A stretch of 63,912 nt of DNA, counting the filler, from Octopus bimaculoides (Eukaryota), in NCBI RefSeq assembly GCF_001194135.2. It is 3 parts of 3 records of this genome, joined end to end, with 100 filler letters (N's around TTAATTAATTAA, not from the genome) between each part and the next. Parts side by side here need not be neighbours in the genome. Positions count along the whole stretch, not along the records: positions 1 to 28,659 come from NC_068998.1; 2 more parts are not named here. One strand, 5' to 3'. The notes beneath the pieces are model-generated. The model worked only from the letters and a program-made list of their open reading frames with translations. It did not search any database and was not told where the DNA came from. How positions within the stretch are numbered: the first letter of the stretch is position 1; every line of letters starts with the position of its first letter. Of the stretch, positions 9,770-23,499 are shown piece by piece. Made by a program: the position numbers and the translations under genes.

Positions 9770-12116
9770 AAGTGGAATGATGCTGTAGACAAGGCCGTTA
9801 GAGCAAAGAAACTTGCCTGGAATGACTGGAAGTGTGATGGTTGCAAGGAACTGTATTAGATAGCCAGAAGGGAAGCTAGGAGACAAGTGAGAAGCAGAAA
9901 AGAAGAAGTTTGCCTATGTTCTACAGCATGAGGACCAGAGACTTGAAGTGTTTCAGATTGCAAGACAGTGTGTGAGAGAAAATCGCTATGTTGTAGGAGA
10001 GAAATGTGTCCACATGGATGATGGTGCACTTGCATTTAATGATTCTGCAAAGAAAGAGGCTTGTAAATGCCATTATAAAAGACTGCTGAATGTGGAGAAT
10101 GAATGCAAGAAGGAGTGTCTGCCAAATGTTGACCCAACTGAGGGACCAGCTATCCGAATCAACAGTAGTTTGGTCAATAAAACAATTAAGGACATGAAAA
10201 CAGGGAATCACTGCTGAGATGATTAAAATATCTGGCAGAGTAGGTTATAGCCTAGTCACCTGTATTGTTAATCAGGTTATCCATGAAGGAGTCATCCCCG
10301 ATGATTGGCATAGCAGCATTATAGTCAACTGCTACAGAGGCAAAGGTGATGCCTTAGACTGGAATAATTATAGAGGCATCAAGTTGCTGGACCAAGTGAG
10401 GAAAGTCACAGAAAGGGCTATAGTTCAATTAGGAAGAGAATTAGTGTAGATGAGATGCAGTTCAGATTTGAACCAGGCAGGAGTATGACTGATGCTATAT
10501 TCCTGGTTAGGCAACTGCAGGAAAAATATGTTGCCAAAAATAAACCCCTGTACTTGGCTTTTATCGACATGGAGAAAGCCTTTGACAGAGTCCCCACTCC
10601 TTTATCTGGTGTTCAATGCGGAAGCTAGGGATAGATGAGTGGTTGGTGAGAGCTGTACAAGCCATGTACAGGGACGCTGTCAGTAAGGTGAAGGTTAGCA
10701 ATGAGTATACTGGTGAATTCAGGGTACAAGTAGGGTTCACCCAGGATCAGTCCTCAGCCGTCTCTTGTTCATCATAGTCCTCCAGGCAATAACAGAGGAA
10801 TTTAAGACGGGCTGTCCCTGGGAGCTCCTCTATGCTGATGACCTTGTTCTTATAGCTGAATTGCTATCACAACTGGAGAAGAAATTTCAGGCATGGAAGC
10901 AAGGCCTAGAATCAAAGGGCCTTAGAGTTAACCTAGCAAAAACCAAAGCCTTAGTAAGTAGGAGAGCAGACAAATCACAAATCCTTTCAGGTAGATGGCT
11001 CTGCTCAATCTGTAGAAAAGACATAGGTAGTAACTCCATAAGATGTACCCAGTGTAAGCTAAGGACACATAAGAGGTGTAGCAATATCACAGGAAGGTTA
11101 ACAGCGAAAATAGTTTTGTGTACAATTGCACAGGTACAATTAACACCAAAAATGTACAGAATATAGACTTCATCAACTGCCAGGGGTGGGGGATACCTAG
11201 AAATAGTTGATAGCTACCATTACCTAGGTGACCAAGTCAGTAGCGGAGGTGGATGCTCCAAAAATGTAACTGCTAGAATAAGAATAGTTCAGGGAGCCAC
11301 TAACCCTGTTGGTAACAAAGGATCTCTCTCTCTCTCAGAGTGAAAGGCAGATTGTACAATGCCTGTGTGCAAACAGCCATGCAACATGGTTGTGACTGCC
11401 AAGGATATGCAAAGGCTTGAAAGAAATGAAGCTAGTATGCTTCGCTGAATGTGTGATGTCAGTTTGCATGCATAACGGAGTGTGAGCGTCTTGAGAGAAA
11501 AGTTGGGTATAAGAGGCATCAGATATGGTGGTGCAAGAGAGATGACTGTGCTGTTATGGTCATGTGATGCATATGGATGAGGACATTTATGTGAAAAAGT
11601 GCTGATCTCTAATGTTGGAGGGAACCTGTGGAAGAGGCAACAACATAGGAAGAGGCGGTGAAGCATGATCTTTGAATGTTGGGTCTCACGGAAGTGATGA
11701 CGAGTGACCAAAATCTTTGGTGATATGCTGTGCTTGTGAAGACTCATCAAGCCAAGTGAAATCGTAGTTATGGCCAATGCCAGTGTCGCACCCAAGCTAG
11801 TGGCACGTAAAAAGCACCCTTTGAACTTTGGGCCTCATGGAGGCAGTGACAAGTGACTGAGACCTTAGGCAATATACTGTGCTTGAGTAGACCCATCAAG
11901 CCAAGTGAGATTGCAGTTGTGGCTGATGCCGGTGTTCTGTAACTGGCACATAAAAAGTACCCACTACACTCTCAGAGTGGTTGGCATTAGGAAGGATATT
12001 CAACTGTAGAAACCATGCTAAATGAGATTAGAACCTGGTGCAGCTTACCAGTTTCCAGTCAAACCATCCAACCCATGTCAGCATGGAAAATGGAAGTTAA
12101 ATGATGATGATGATGA
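9770..12116 (+). mobile_element. 5'-truncated, decayed RTE-clade LINE
   Basis: RT motifs KGDALDWNNYRGIKLL, RSMTDAIFLVRQLQEKY, LAFIDMEKAFDRVP, QGSVLS, LLYADDLVL, VNLAKTK. A Cys-rich finger follows. Ends in a (TGA)n tail at ~12100-12116. Multiple frameshifts. Confidence 0.93.
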
Positions 12117-13544
12117 GTATTGTTTCTCTCATGTAAAAGATGTCTGGTGATTGTAGCAGCACCAGCATCCCAGTTGTGGGGGAGAATATTTCATTGTGGC
12201 TTTCACTTGAACTTTGTTGAGTATTAGTAATTGTTGAAGTATTTTCAGAGAAGATCTAATCTTTTGAGATGCAATCCCATCTATGGTGAGGATGCACTTT
12301 CATTAGATGATGTTAAGGTCTAACATTTAGCCTGATCACAAAGGCTCTAGTTGTCTAGTTGTGTGCTACTGATGTTGATGTGAGTAAGGTGAGATGATGG
12401 CTTGATAATGAGTTGCTTTTGGGTTTTTTTTCTCAGATGACATGTGCTCGCTGTATGTATTGATTGGACACCTACAGATGCTTTGTATTAATGGCATATT
12501 GTGTTTTTTCTGCAAGGTTGCTCTAATATGATTACACTCCTTTTTTGGCCTAAATTTTAAACCCTGTATTTATGTGTCTAAAATGTTTTCTTATATCCTT
12601 GTTGACTTCCTTCAGAAATGTTCATATAATTGTGATTTCCCTGAGATAGCTTTGGTATGCATCAATCAAGATTCCCATAAACTAGTTTATTATATATATA
12701 TATGCAACATTTGTTGTGCCACATCCTTCCATCCTAATGACTCATCCCTTGTTCCATGTCGTTGTTTGAAATTGTGTAACCAGTGAATTATGTTCACATC
12801 AAGACTATATTCAAGTTATTGTTTGGTCAGGTAACTTTATGCTAACTCTGTTTTGCTGAAGAGTTCTAAGACTGGACGTATCTATTTAAGCTTTGGTCAT
12901 TTGAAATGTTGGTAGTTGTCTCCCTTGTCCCTTTTGAGAAGAATTTTCATTATAACTAATGCATTTTATTCTCATTACAGTAATAATTTCAGTTTATTAA
13001 AAATTATCTTCCGAATTAACTATAGTAGTCTCCACTTAACTATATGTTCTCCAGGCAGGAGGCGTCTTTCTGAAATTTCCAATGTATTTTTTTTCAACAG
13101 TCTTCTGAAGGTTTCAGCAGCATGAAAATTAACCTTGCCATTTCCCATAGCTAATTGAGGTATAATGCTAACAAAAGATTTCATATCTCAAAGTTGGTTA
13201 TCTGAAGCCTGTGTCCTTATAACATCAACGTTAGCTTTGAAATATATAAAACCATCGACTTCAGGTCTGTTGTTATTCCACATATTTCTAAATCCAAAGC
13301 TAAAGAGGTGTGTGTGTGAGACAGAGACAGAAAGAGTTTCTGTACATAGTTGCTCAACCTGATAAAAACATCTTTGAAATGAGAAAGAACATGTATCCAG
13401 GGTAATGTAATCTGAGACATACCATAAACAAAGATGGGATGATCACGGCTGCGGCACTTTTTGTTTGTCGATTTGCTCAAATGGGACTGAGCTGGAGGTT
13501 AAACAACATCCGTAGCCAACCAATCGATTCTTACATAACTTCAT

Positions 13545-13996
13545 TGAAGCTTCACCCATTATTATTTTTTTAACCTCTTAATTCTTTTACACTTTCGCTA
13601 CTGGAAACGATGTGTTGATCTTTCAGATATGACTCTGGCTATATGCTTTCTAAAGTTCTCTGCTGAGTCGCTGGCATGTTTATTAGCACGAAATCAACTC
13701 TGGTTGAACAGGTCTACGGTTAAAGGTATCCCAGCCATAACAATCACGTCTGTTTTATCGTAGGCTGAGTCGTCATGTAGAGGCTCCAGAAAAGTATAAC
13801 TGAGCATCTGTAACATAGACGATATCTGATAGACAATGCGAGCAAATTGTGAAGCCTTTGCATCCATCAATCTTTGATAACCTTACTTTAGAAAGGATAT
13901 AACAAGAGTCATATCTGGAAGATCAATACATTGTTTCCAGTAGCGAAAGTGTAAAAGAATTAAGAGGATAAAAAAATAATAATGGGTGAAGCTTCA
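13545..13996. mobile_element. Foldback/MITE-like element with ~115-130 bp terminal inverted repeats
   Basis: 13545-13675 is the reverse complement of 13885-13996 with few mismatches (TGAAGCTTCACCCATTATTATT... / ...AATAATAATGGGTGAAGCTTCA); ~210 bp spacer. Confidence 0.85.
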
Positions 13997-14739
13997 TTAT
14001 GGTTCTATGTTGCCAGCTAACCTCAACGCAACACGCATGCGTAGAAAGTTTTTAATTGCCTTCAGACCCTTAAAAACTATAAAAATGAGAGAAAAAAAAA
14101 AAAGAAACCGTATCAGTGCTGAAGCACTGCGTGTTAGTCCTCAGCTGTATAAGTTGAAATAAAGACTTTCACAGCTTAAAATTGTAAACATACGTGGAAA
14201 GTATTTAAGATTAGCAAAAGAACCGATATTTTAAAATATATTTCAGAGAACATCAGAATAGGTGAATGTTTGAAAGTTTTTAATAGTTATAAATAATTTA
14301 TTATATAGGTACAAAGTTGAAAACGTCTAGTGGTGAAGACGCTCAAATGAACTGAATGCATTAATTCAACGGTACTTATCTATCATCGATTCAAGAAGGA
14401 TGGAAAGCAGATTTGACTGTCGTGGGATTTGATCCCAGAACATAAAGCAGGACATTATATCCGTAGCTGTACTGATTCTGCTAACATTAAGAGTAAAGAC
14501 GGTATTCGCTTACGGTGTTTTTTTTGTTTTGTTTTTCTAAAAATTAAAATATTTATTATGGCTTCTTAGATTCAATTTTTTATCGATTCCCTTCTCTGAC
14601 GAACTAAAGCTAAAATGTTCAAACAATGGAATAAGTTTTATGTCGTTATGAAGGGGGGGAGAAAATGTAATGTTTCAGGTAGAAACCTTCGTCGTCGGAT
14701 TCTTATTTTACTCGCTGATTCAGGAGGAAGGGGTTGTGC

Positions 14740-15200
14740 ATATGGTTTTTGGAGGCCTTTTCTAGATCAATGATATTGGTGCCATTAATGTTCCTCTTGA
14801 ATCTTCGTAAATAAACACCAGAGGGTTGACGTTCTGGGAAGGAAGTTTTGAGTCTAGTGATTACGTTGGTGCCTGGTGGGCGGCTGGATGGGCTGTTGAA
14901 CACTTATAAAAGTGATGAGGCGAGACAAGTAGAACGAGAATGCTTGAGACGAGGTGATATGAATCCTTGCAGAGGGAGGAGACAAGCGTGCCAGTGGACA
15001 AGAAACTAAGGCGAGTGGGTTTATGTCAATCAGTCAGGTGTCCCTTTTCTGGATGTCTGTGTGTCCAGCCGCAGCACCGTCCCATATATAAGAACAATAT
15101 CTATTGTGGAACTCACCTAGGCTCTGTAGAGTATCAAAAACTGGTGACGGCTGAAGTATCTTTTCTGTAGCATAACATTTATTGCAGCATGAACTTGTTA
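14740..15200 (-). mobile_element. CR1/Jockey-group LINE 3' fragment
   Basis: Minus-strand peptides RYCSYIWDGAAA and SFPERQPSGVYLRRFKRNIN resemble the post-RT EYCSHIWGG ... LQ.FKRNIN region of such LINEs; degraded. Confidence 0.6.
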
Positions 15201-17374
15201 AGTCCAGGTTTTTCACGACCGAACATACCTAAGATAAAAAACTTTCCGGACATAACCACCTTATCTTTTTATGTATTTATGAATTCACTGCTTGAGCCAT
15301 TTAAGTGTTTTTGAAGTCAACCAGGCAATAAGAGGATGATCGGTTTGCTATTTCCAGCAGTTCGAACGGCCGCATAAAAGCAAGCTATCGTTTTGTTTCG
15401 TTGAATGCTGCTGTTTTTGTGAAGTTTTACTCATTATACGAATTTCAGAGGAGACTACTTTGCAGACATCAAATGTTAAATTGTTATTGTTGCTTCAGTG
15501 AAATGATAAGAGCATTGTCTGAAATGAAACTTCAATTAGATTTATGATAACAGGACAGACAGAAAAAGAATGAACAGCTGAAGACTGCTTTGAAGCACCA
15601 TTGAACACAATGTTTATTAATCCAAATAACCATCTCGATGAATAGGAATTTCAATTTCACTCTCATTGTATACAATAAACATGACATATATTGGTTAATA
15701 CATATTCTTTTTACAAAATGTACATTTATTTAGGCAAAAATAATGTGTTGAAAGAATTAGTTTGAATAAACATAAAAAAATTTGGAAGAGACAAGGAAAG
15801 TATTGTTAAAAAAAAAACTGTTTGATATATATATATTTAACTGTACAGATGTGTATTAATGTGTGTATGAAATAAATGTTCATAATGTTGGGATACATTA
15901 TGAATGCTGTGTGTGTCCAGTGATGAATTTTTTTATCACTTGGATTATATGTTGACTTTGGAAGACGCCGATTTGTTGTCGCCCTGTTCAATACAGGACT
16001 TGACTTTGGAATAATGAAGATAATGATAACAAACAACAAACATACAATCATTCTCTCTTTTATACTGCACTTAGCATTTCCACAAAGCTTTTCATAAAGT
16101 ATTGTTCACGACATGAGATTTTATGAAGGTTTCGGCTTCCAAGCAAAGGCACTTGTTGAATTTGGAAGACAAGAATTTTGTTTAAATCCCCATTAAAGAA
16201 CAACTATTAAAAATAATATATTCATTATGTATATGAGTAATTTTTAAAAATTTATACAATGATTAAAAGTTATTTTTCCACAGAATTTTCAAACGGAAAG
16301 TAACATTTGGCACTTTCTGATTTTAGGTTATGTTTTAATGTCAGATTTGATATTTAAAATACAATAGTTTTTTTCTAATGTACAAGTGTGAAATGAATTT
16401 GATATCGAATGAATTTTAGAATCTCAAAATTCTGGTGAGAATTTTATTATGAGCTTTTGACAATGTATTTTGAGCTTTAAGTAAATTTAAGGCAACGGTA
16501 AAGTATAATTGTTGGCTGATAAACGAATGTATGTGTAGGCTTGGATGCATGTATGTATGTATAATGTATCTACGTGCATTATTTATGTAAGAGAGAGTGT
16601 ACGTATACACGAACTTTTTCAAAATATAGATGCAAAACTTCAAACTGATGATTCATTAACGTGGTAGTCATGCCCCCTTTTTAGGCGATTAGTAATAGAA
16701 GCGAAACGGTTTCAATTTGGAATTGAGATTAGATCAGGTACTCTGCCGAGAACTTACTATATACACACACGCAGACAGTGTCTCTCTCTCTCTTTCTCTC
16801 TCTCCCACATACACACATATCGTTGAAGTTTTATATACAGGTGTTCAGATGTTTCTTTTACTCGCTAAAAAATTTCTACGTTAACAGAAAAAAAAAAGAC
16901 AAAAAATATTTTTTTACATAATATCTACTCAAAAATAAATATTTTACACAAATGACATGCAAAAACCACTGATATTCAAAGTTTCGCAAGAATAAAAACT
17001 GCTTTTCAATTCGTTGTTGATTAACCCCTTAATATTTACAACACAATCCCCTTATATTAACGAAATGTAAAATAAAAGCTTTGATAAGGCACACAGTTTT
17101 GAAAGAGTAAAAACTTTCAAACTTAGTAGAGAAAGGCTACAATTTACGGTCAAAAGAAAATGGAATATTCGTTAGCAACAAAGATTCTGTCGAAGAAAAT
17201 TGACCAAATATACATTTTTAAAACTTAGGATATATACTTTCTAAGTATTTAAACCCATACACTATACCGTCTTTCTAAGTGAATGGGAAGAATTGAACCC
17301 CGTATTATAAGTTAACGAAACCCATTGATTACAATGTGAACTATATTATCAGCATATTTTTTTCTACTCTAAGC

Positions 17375-17505
17375 ACAAGGCCCGAAATTTTGAGGAAGGG
17401 GGCCAGTCAATTAGATCGGTCCAGTATACAACTGGTACTTAATTTATCGACCCCGAAAGGAGGAAAGGCAAAGTCGATCTCGGCGGAATTTGAACTCAGA
17501 ACGTA
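17375..17505 (-). mobile_element. tRNA-derived SINE; same family at 19625-19810, 20445-20610, 20650-20780, 31715-31890 (-) and 39110-39190, 48228-48350, 53455-53655 (+)
   Basis: Shared core gaaaggatgaaaggcaaagtcgacctcggcggaatttgaactcagaacgta in all copies. Confidence 0.85.
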
Positions 17506-20500
17506 GTGGATAAGGCTATTAACATTCATGGCAAGACAGACGAAATTAACACTTGAGTCGCCTTATTTACAAATAGTTAAAAGGAAAATAATTAAGGAAG
17601 ACTAGAATAATCTCTGATGTGAAATTAGAATCTTTCATAATACACTCGGAAAAAGGAACGGTATCAAAGTTCCCAACCACATGATTCCCGGTTCAGTTCC
17701 ACTGTGTGGTACATTGGGCAAGTGTCTTCTACTGTAGCTTCGGGCTGACCAAAGTTTTTTAAGTGGATTTGGTAGGCAGAAACTGAAAGAAGCCCGTCAC
17801 ATAACTGTGTGTGTGTGTGTCTCCCACCACCCCTTGACAACCAGTGTTAAAAAAATGAAAAGAAAAAATCAGCTTTAAAACCCATTAAAAACTCAGGTTA
17901 GACCCACACCGGAGACGGCGTTGCTGCTGCGAAACACACACTGACATCCTAGATAACTCTCAAACACATTCCAACCCTTGGATCATAGATCTACTCTATG
18001 TTTTTTTTCTACCGTCGTTACTATTGTGGCCACTGCTTGTTGGAGCTGGCTGGTTTCATGTCACCCCCAGTCTAGGTATTCACCACCGCTACCAGGTCCC
18101 GCACTAGCTACTACACCCAATCCTTCCTTTTCCTTCCCAGACTGTCGGGCCTCTGGAATCCCACCACAACCTCCACTGCGTACGTTTTCTTTGCATAAAT
18201 GGAACGTTAGCGACATCAGCTTCACCGGTCGTACAGGGTCTAGTTATGGCTAATGGTTTCTTCCTCCAGCACACTTTCCCAAATCATAAAAGTCAGTTAT
18301 TTAATCTAAGAAATGTTTACAACATGAGCTCAAAGTCCTCACAGACTTTGAGCTCCAAATTTGGAACGTTTATTAACAGAAGAAAAGTCAGAGCATGAAT
18401 TTTAAATTCTAGTGTACACAAAATACACAGATTTCTCATCTTCTGAGACCCCGCCCGTTACGCTACCTCTCCGTATAGCGAGTCAAGTGACTATATAGAG
18501 GTTCTATCGGTGGCTGGACGCTCTGCAAAATAACAACAAAATCAGCAAACTACTTGAATAAAAATTTCCTTAAACTATCTCATTCAGTATGTGCTGCTTT
18601 TCCCCCAGATATTTTCATGGACGAGTATCTATCCTTTCTGTTAATTTTTTATGGAAATTATTAAAAAAGACCAGGACTTATATGACAAAATTATAGTGAG
18701 CTTAATACATCTTCAGATGTATTTCTTACTCACTGATAACGCAATTCACATCTTAGTCCCAACAAGGATATCTTCTTAAAAATGTATTTGTACGTGGTAC
18801 TTATTTCAGTAATTTTGGAGGGGTGAAAGACAAATTCATTCGGGCAGTAATTAAAAAAAGGATTAAGAAGTAAAATAGAACGCATGATTTTATTTTCTGA
18901 GTTAAAAGATAACAGTTACTGCTTCTAATCTGGTTATCTTGTAATTTTAGTCCTTTTAAATCGCGCTGTCGGGGGAAGTTTAACAACATGAAAACCTAAT
19001 TTGAACAGTGGCCAATAAAGATTCCCCTATTTTAAAAAGTTCTTGGATTTAGGTACTGCTAAAAATTTCATTAGAGATTAGGTTTAAATACAGCGATTAT
19101 CTCGGAAAAAATTATTTCAATTAATTTAGAAAAATGAACAGGAATCAGTTTATTGTTAAAATGGGCTGAAGTTGAACAAGTCTTTTCATTATAAGTAACA
19201 TTGTACTGCGGGACATTGTGGGAATCGAGCCACCGATAGAGCCTCAATATAGTCACTTGACTCGCTATAATTAGCAGCCATCTCTCTCTAAATTAATACT
19301 TCACAGTATTTAAAACAGAACTAATGTTGAACAATTACAGTTTTAGTCGTCTAAACAAAAGAAGAGATGATCATAAGTGGAAATCGTTTGATCTTAGGAG
19401 TACTCTGTCAGACCTGACCTGTGGCTAAAGAAAGACTCTTCGCTCGTTGAAACACTTCTGTGCAACTTCAAAAATGTTTTGTCGGCTATAAGAAATCTTT
19501 CTGGAAATTTTCATTTGTTAGTCTTGACATCTTTGAGTATTGTCTCGATGAATCAAAAACCATGACCCATTCAAGAAGATATTTTAGTAGTAATTGAAGT
19601 CTTTTTCTTTATATAGTTTAAGATATTGGTTTCAAATTTTGGCACAAGGTCAACAATTTCGACCCCCAATTTTCAACTGGTACTTGTTTTATTGGTCCTG
19701 AAAGGATGAAAGGCAAAGTCGACCTCGGCAGAATTTGAACTCAGAGCGTTAAAACGGACGGAATGCCGATAAGCATTTTGCCTCGCGTGCTAACAATTCT
19801 ACAAGCTCGCTATTTTTTTTCAGCAAGTTTTCTTTTCAAACCAGTGCTTTTATGAACAAGACTTCTTACAAATTCCCGGTGTTCTTAAGGTGCGAATGGA
19901 TTTTTCAACACATAAGTTATTATTTATTGTTTACTGTTTTGTATTATCTCTTGATTTACTGGTTTGTATTATCTCTTGAACTCAAACCCTTTATTCTATT
20001 TGAACCTAGGTTTTCTGATTGCTTATTCTTGAAGGACTTTTCTCTGACTGTTAATTACTGCAATGACTAATTTTCTTTCTTTCAGCTCAGTTTTGTTGTT
20101 CTGAATAACCGTCATAATGTAATTAAAAGAATCCTTCCCTTCTTATAAGTTAACAAACGTTTACTTACTATAGAAAGAGATATCATCTTAAGATAGAGGC
20201 CGTGTACGACCTTGTAATGTCTTACTACTTCAGCAACAAAATATGGGAAAATAAGAATCTTAATAAAAAGTTTGGCCATACATTTAAACAAAAATTGAAA
20301 TGAAGACACGGCATTGTCATTAAAAATAAAAATAGAAATAAAACATTATTTAAAATTTGAAAAGAATTACATGACCATCGTTATAAAGAAAAGAAAACGT
20401 TGATCTTTTCATTTATTCGTTGTATTATTATTGATTTCAAATTTTGGCTAAGTCGATTACATCGACATCAGTTATCAACTGGTACTTATTTGATCGACTC

Positions 20501-21529
20501 CGACAGGATGAAAGGTAAAGTCGACCTCGGTAGAATTTGAACTTAGAACGTAAAGACAGACGAAATGCCGCTAAACACTTTTTGCCCGTGCGTTGACGAT
20601 TCAGCCAGTTCACCGCTTATTCTTTCATTTTTTTTCGTTGTATTAAAATTGGTTTCAAATTTTGGCACAATACTTGTAATTTCGGTGGATGGAGTTAGTC
20701 AATTACATCGGTTTCAGTGTTCAACTGGTACTCATTATATCGATTCCCGAAAAGGAATGAAAGGCAAAATCGACTTCGAAACAGTTGATTGAAAGCCAAG
20801 AGTGACTCGAATGCTGTGCCAGTTACCCTCCCCTTTTTTGTTAAGATCTGTTCAAGTCTATCAGTAATTAAGTAATTCTTCTTACATTAAGGCACCAACT
20901 ATCTGAGCCAATATTGTAAGGCACATATTTAGATATCCCCAAGTACTGTTGACATTCTTTACTGAGTGAGACAGTATTCCATCAACGTAAGGCACAGTAT
21001 GTTTTACTGCTTGGACTGATTCTATATTTATTTGAATAGCTACCATCGTATCTAAAAATATATATGTTTACGTATTAATATAGTTGCTATGACACAATAC
21101 ATGAGCTCCGTCTGTACATTTACACATTACAATAATTGATATTACAAAATACGAATTACAATATATATATATATTCACACAGCTCGTTGGCTGACACAAA
21201 ATACAAAGACATCGCGTATATTTACACACCTCTCCAGCTGCTATGATACAAAGCAAGTTCACAACTACAAATACAATTATATTTACAGAATGCTACCACA
21301 TAATAGCAAAATATTGACAAACCAGGGTTAAAATACAATCATGACAAATGAGAAACTATCAAATTCCCATTCATTAATTAAGCTTAAATATTTACAAAAT
21401 ACTTATTTCTGGACAATATTTTGCAATATTTTGATTAGGCTCTCAGAACACACCCCCACCACCACCGCCACACACACACATATGCTTATATGTGCATATG
21501 CATGTACACACACACACACACACAATGTA

Positions 21530-22369
21530 CAGAGTATTCGAGCTAAATTTGATTTGTTTTTATGTTTCTTTTAATCAGAAACAGTTTTTGATGTCTTGGT
21601 GAATTGTCAAAGGCACTGGAGAGCGTGAAGATTAAAGCAGTTAGCTGACATTGAGGACTGGAAGTCATCTGAATATAGGAAGAGAATTACCTGTGTCATG
21701 ATGATTAGCAGTGTGTATCAAAATGCCGACGTCATTACTTTTGGTCAATGATCTGTGAACACCCACCATAAAGGCTGTAAAACGTGACATGGAATGTTGC
21801 GATGGAGACTGCGAAGCCGTGATCAGCAAGAAGGAACACAACAACCGTTCTGACAGCGTCTGCACGCCGACATTCAGCCAACAACTGCAGGACGAATGCG
21901 AGAAAGAGAATCCGTGATTTGGCGAGAGAGATGGCTGTTGGAATCGCTACCACTCGTACAAGAGGCGCAAGGGACACATTCTGACAGCCAAAGCCAAGGA
22001 TAACTGCTTGATGACTTCATCAACCCTAATTTCTGGCCTCCTAATTCCATGATTCCTATGTGTGAGACGCGGTTGAGAAAGACACCAACCGCTCTGCCTG
22101 CAGCACCAAGGCTGAACCGATGACTAAGATCAAGGAGGTGTTCAAAGATCTTCCCAGGGATACAGTAAAGAACGAATGCGCCAGGTTTTGGTGCTATCTT
22201 GAGGCCCTGATGGAAGCAGCTTTGAGTAAACTGTTATCTCCCAGCTATAATCTAGTTGATATTTTTAGATTTGTTTTTTAAATACTCTTATTTTTTGATG
22301 AGATACTGTGTTTTGTTGTTTGGGGAGTTTTCTTTTGTGCAAACTGTTAAATTTAGCCCGAACACCCTG
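21530..22369 (+). mobile_element. Internally deleted Tc1/mariner element with both TIRs
   Basis: TA|CAGAGTATTCGAGCTAAATTTGA ... TTAAATTTAGCCCGAACACCCTG|TA. Internal peptides KKEHNNRSDSVCTPTF, YKRRKGHILTAKAK, PNFWPPNS, KIKEVFKDLPRDTVKN. Confidence 0.9.
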
Positions 22370-22571
22370 TACACACACACACACACACACGCATGCACAT
22401 ATACATACATGTATAAATATATATGTGTCAAGAATTTTCCAAGTGATGTTGAGTAACTCGTTCTCTTGATTCCTAAACTTGAAGAAATGCACACGTTGCG
22501 TGCATTTTCAGTTGCAATCACTGGCTGTCATGCCTGTGTAATATCTCATGATGCCTTCAGATAGTGTGAGG

Positions 22572-22622
<51 letters not shown>

Positions 22623-23499
22623 TATATGTATGTACACATATATGTTCACATCATCCATCCATACACACACACACTGACATTTCTACAGCAATATCTTGAT
22701 CGGAAAAAAGATAGACATCTTCCGCACTAATTAATCTTTGTGAACACTTGTGAAACTAAATACCATTAGTAAATATTTATAAAACAAAATGTAAAGATTG
22801 AAAGTGAATCGAACTAGAATGAATAAACTTATTCAAATGCTAGTTTTCCATCATCTAAAATGGGCAAATAATAATTTTATATGCACCTGAGATTCGAACT
22901 GCAACGTAATTAATGTAAAGGCGTATATATTGAAATTGGAATCAATTTGAATACATCGGTTTGTATTTTCGGTGGTGAATTGAGACAGCTGATACCTCCC
23001 TCTCACAATGTTTTTTATACTCAGACCAAAACGACAAAGCCTTACTTATGAGATTCTTTTATCCAACAGAGAATATTCTAACGTGCACAAAGGTGCTTAA
23101 CAATGTGATATTTGAGTTAACATATCTGGAAGACACTTTCTGGAGTCGAAGACGATGATTTAGGCAAAATAGTAAATACAATGGAAAAGAGTGATTAAAC
23201 TCAAACAAATTATCTATTAGATTATGAAATTATATATTACAGAAATTTGGATTGATCCTTCGTTGTAGGTATATAAAAATAAATGAAATAAAGGAAAGAA
23301 ATGAAATTGAAAGATTTTGTTTCTCAGGCATAAATGGTAATCGACAATAGTTGACAATAAAATGAAACTGAAAGATTTTTTTTCTGTATTTATATATTGA
23401 AAAATGCCAGGATGTGGAAGACTGAAAGATCTTGTATTAATAATAATCGTGAAGATAATTAGTAGCGAAGATCTCAGAGAAAGAAATTACACATGAAAA

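Noticed and set aside
17978-18253. 91-aa Pro-rich ORF with a hydrophobic start
   Set aside because: It lies in a GC-richer segment that looks like a degraded repeat; no supporting exon structure or family match.
18474-19270. 42-bp inverted repeat pair (18474-18515 and 19229-19270)
   Set aside because: Best explained as two short fragments of a dispersed repeat in opposite orientation; no TSD or element structure between them.
21020-21340. TGTA-rich minus-strand stretch resembling a 3' UTR
   Set aside because: No coding exon or splice partner was found; composition alone is insufficient.
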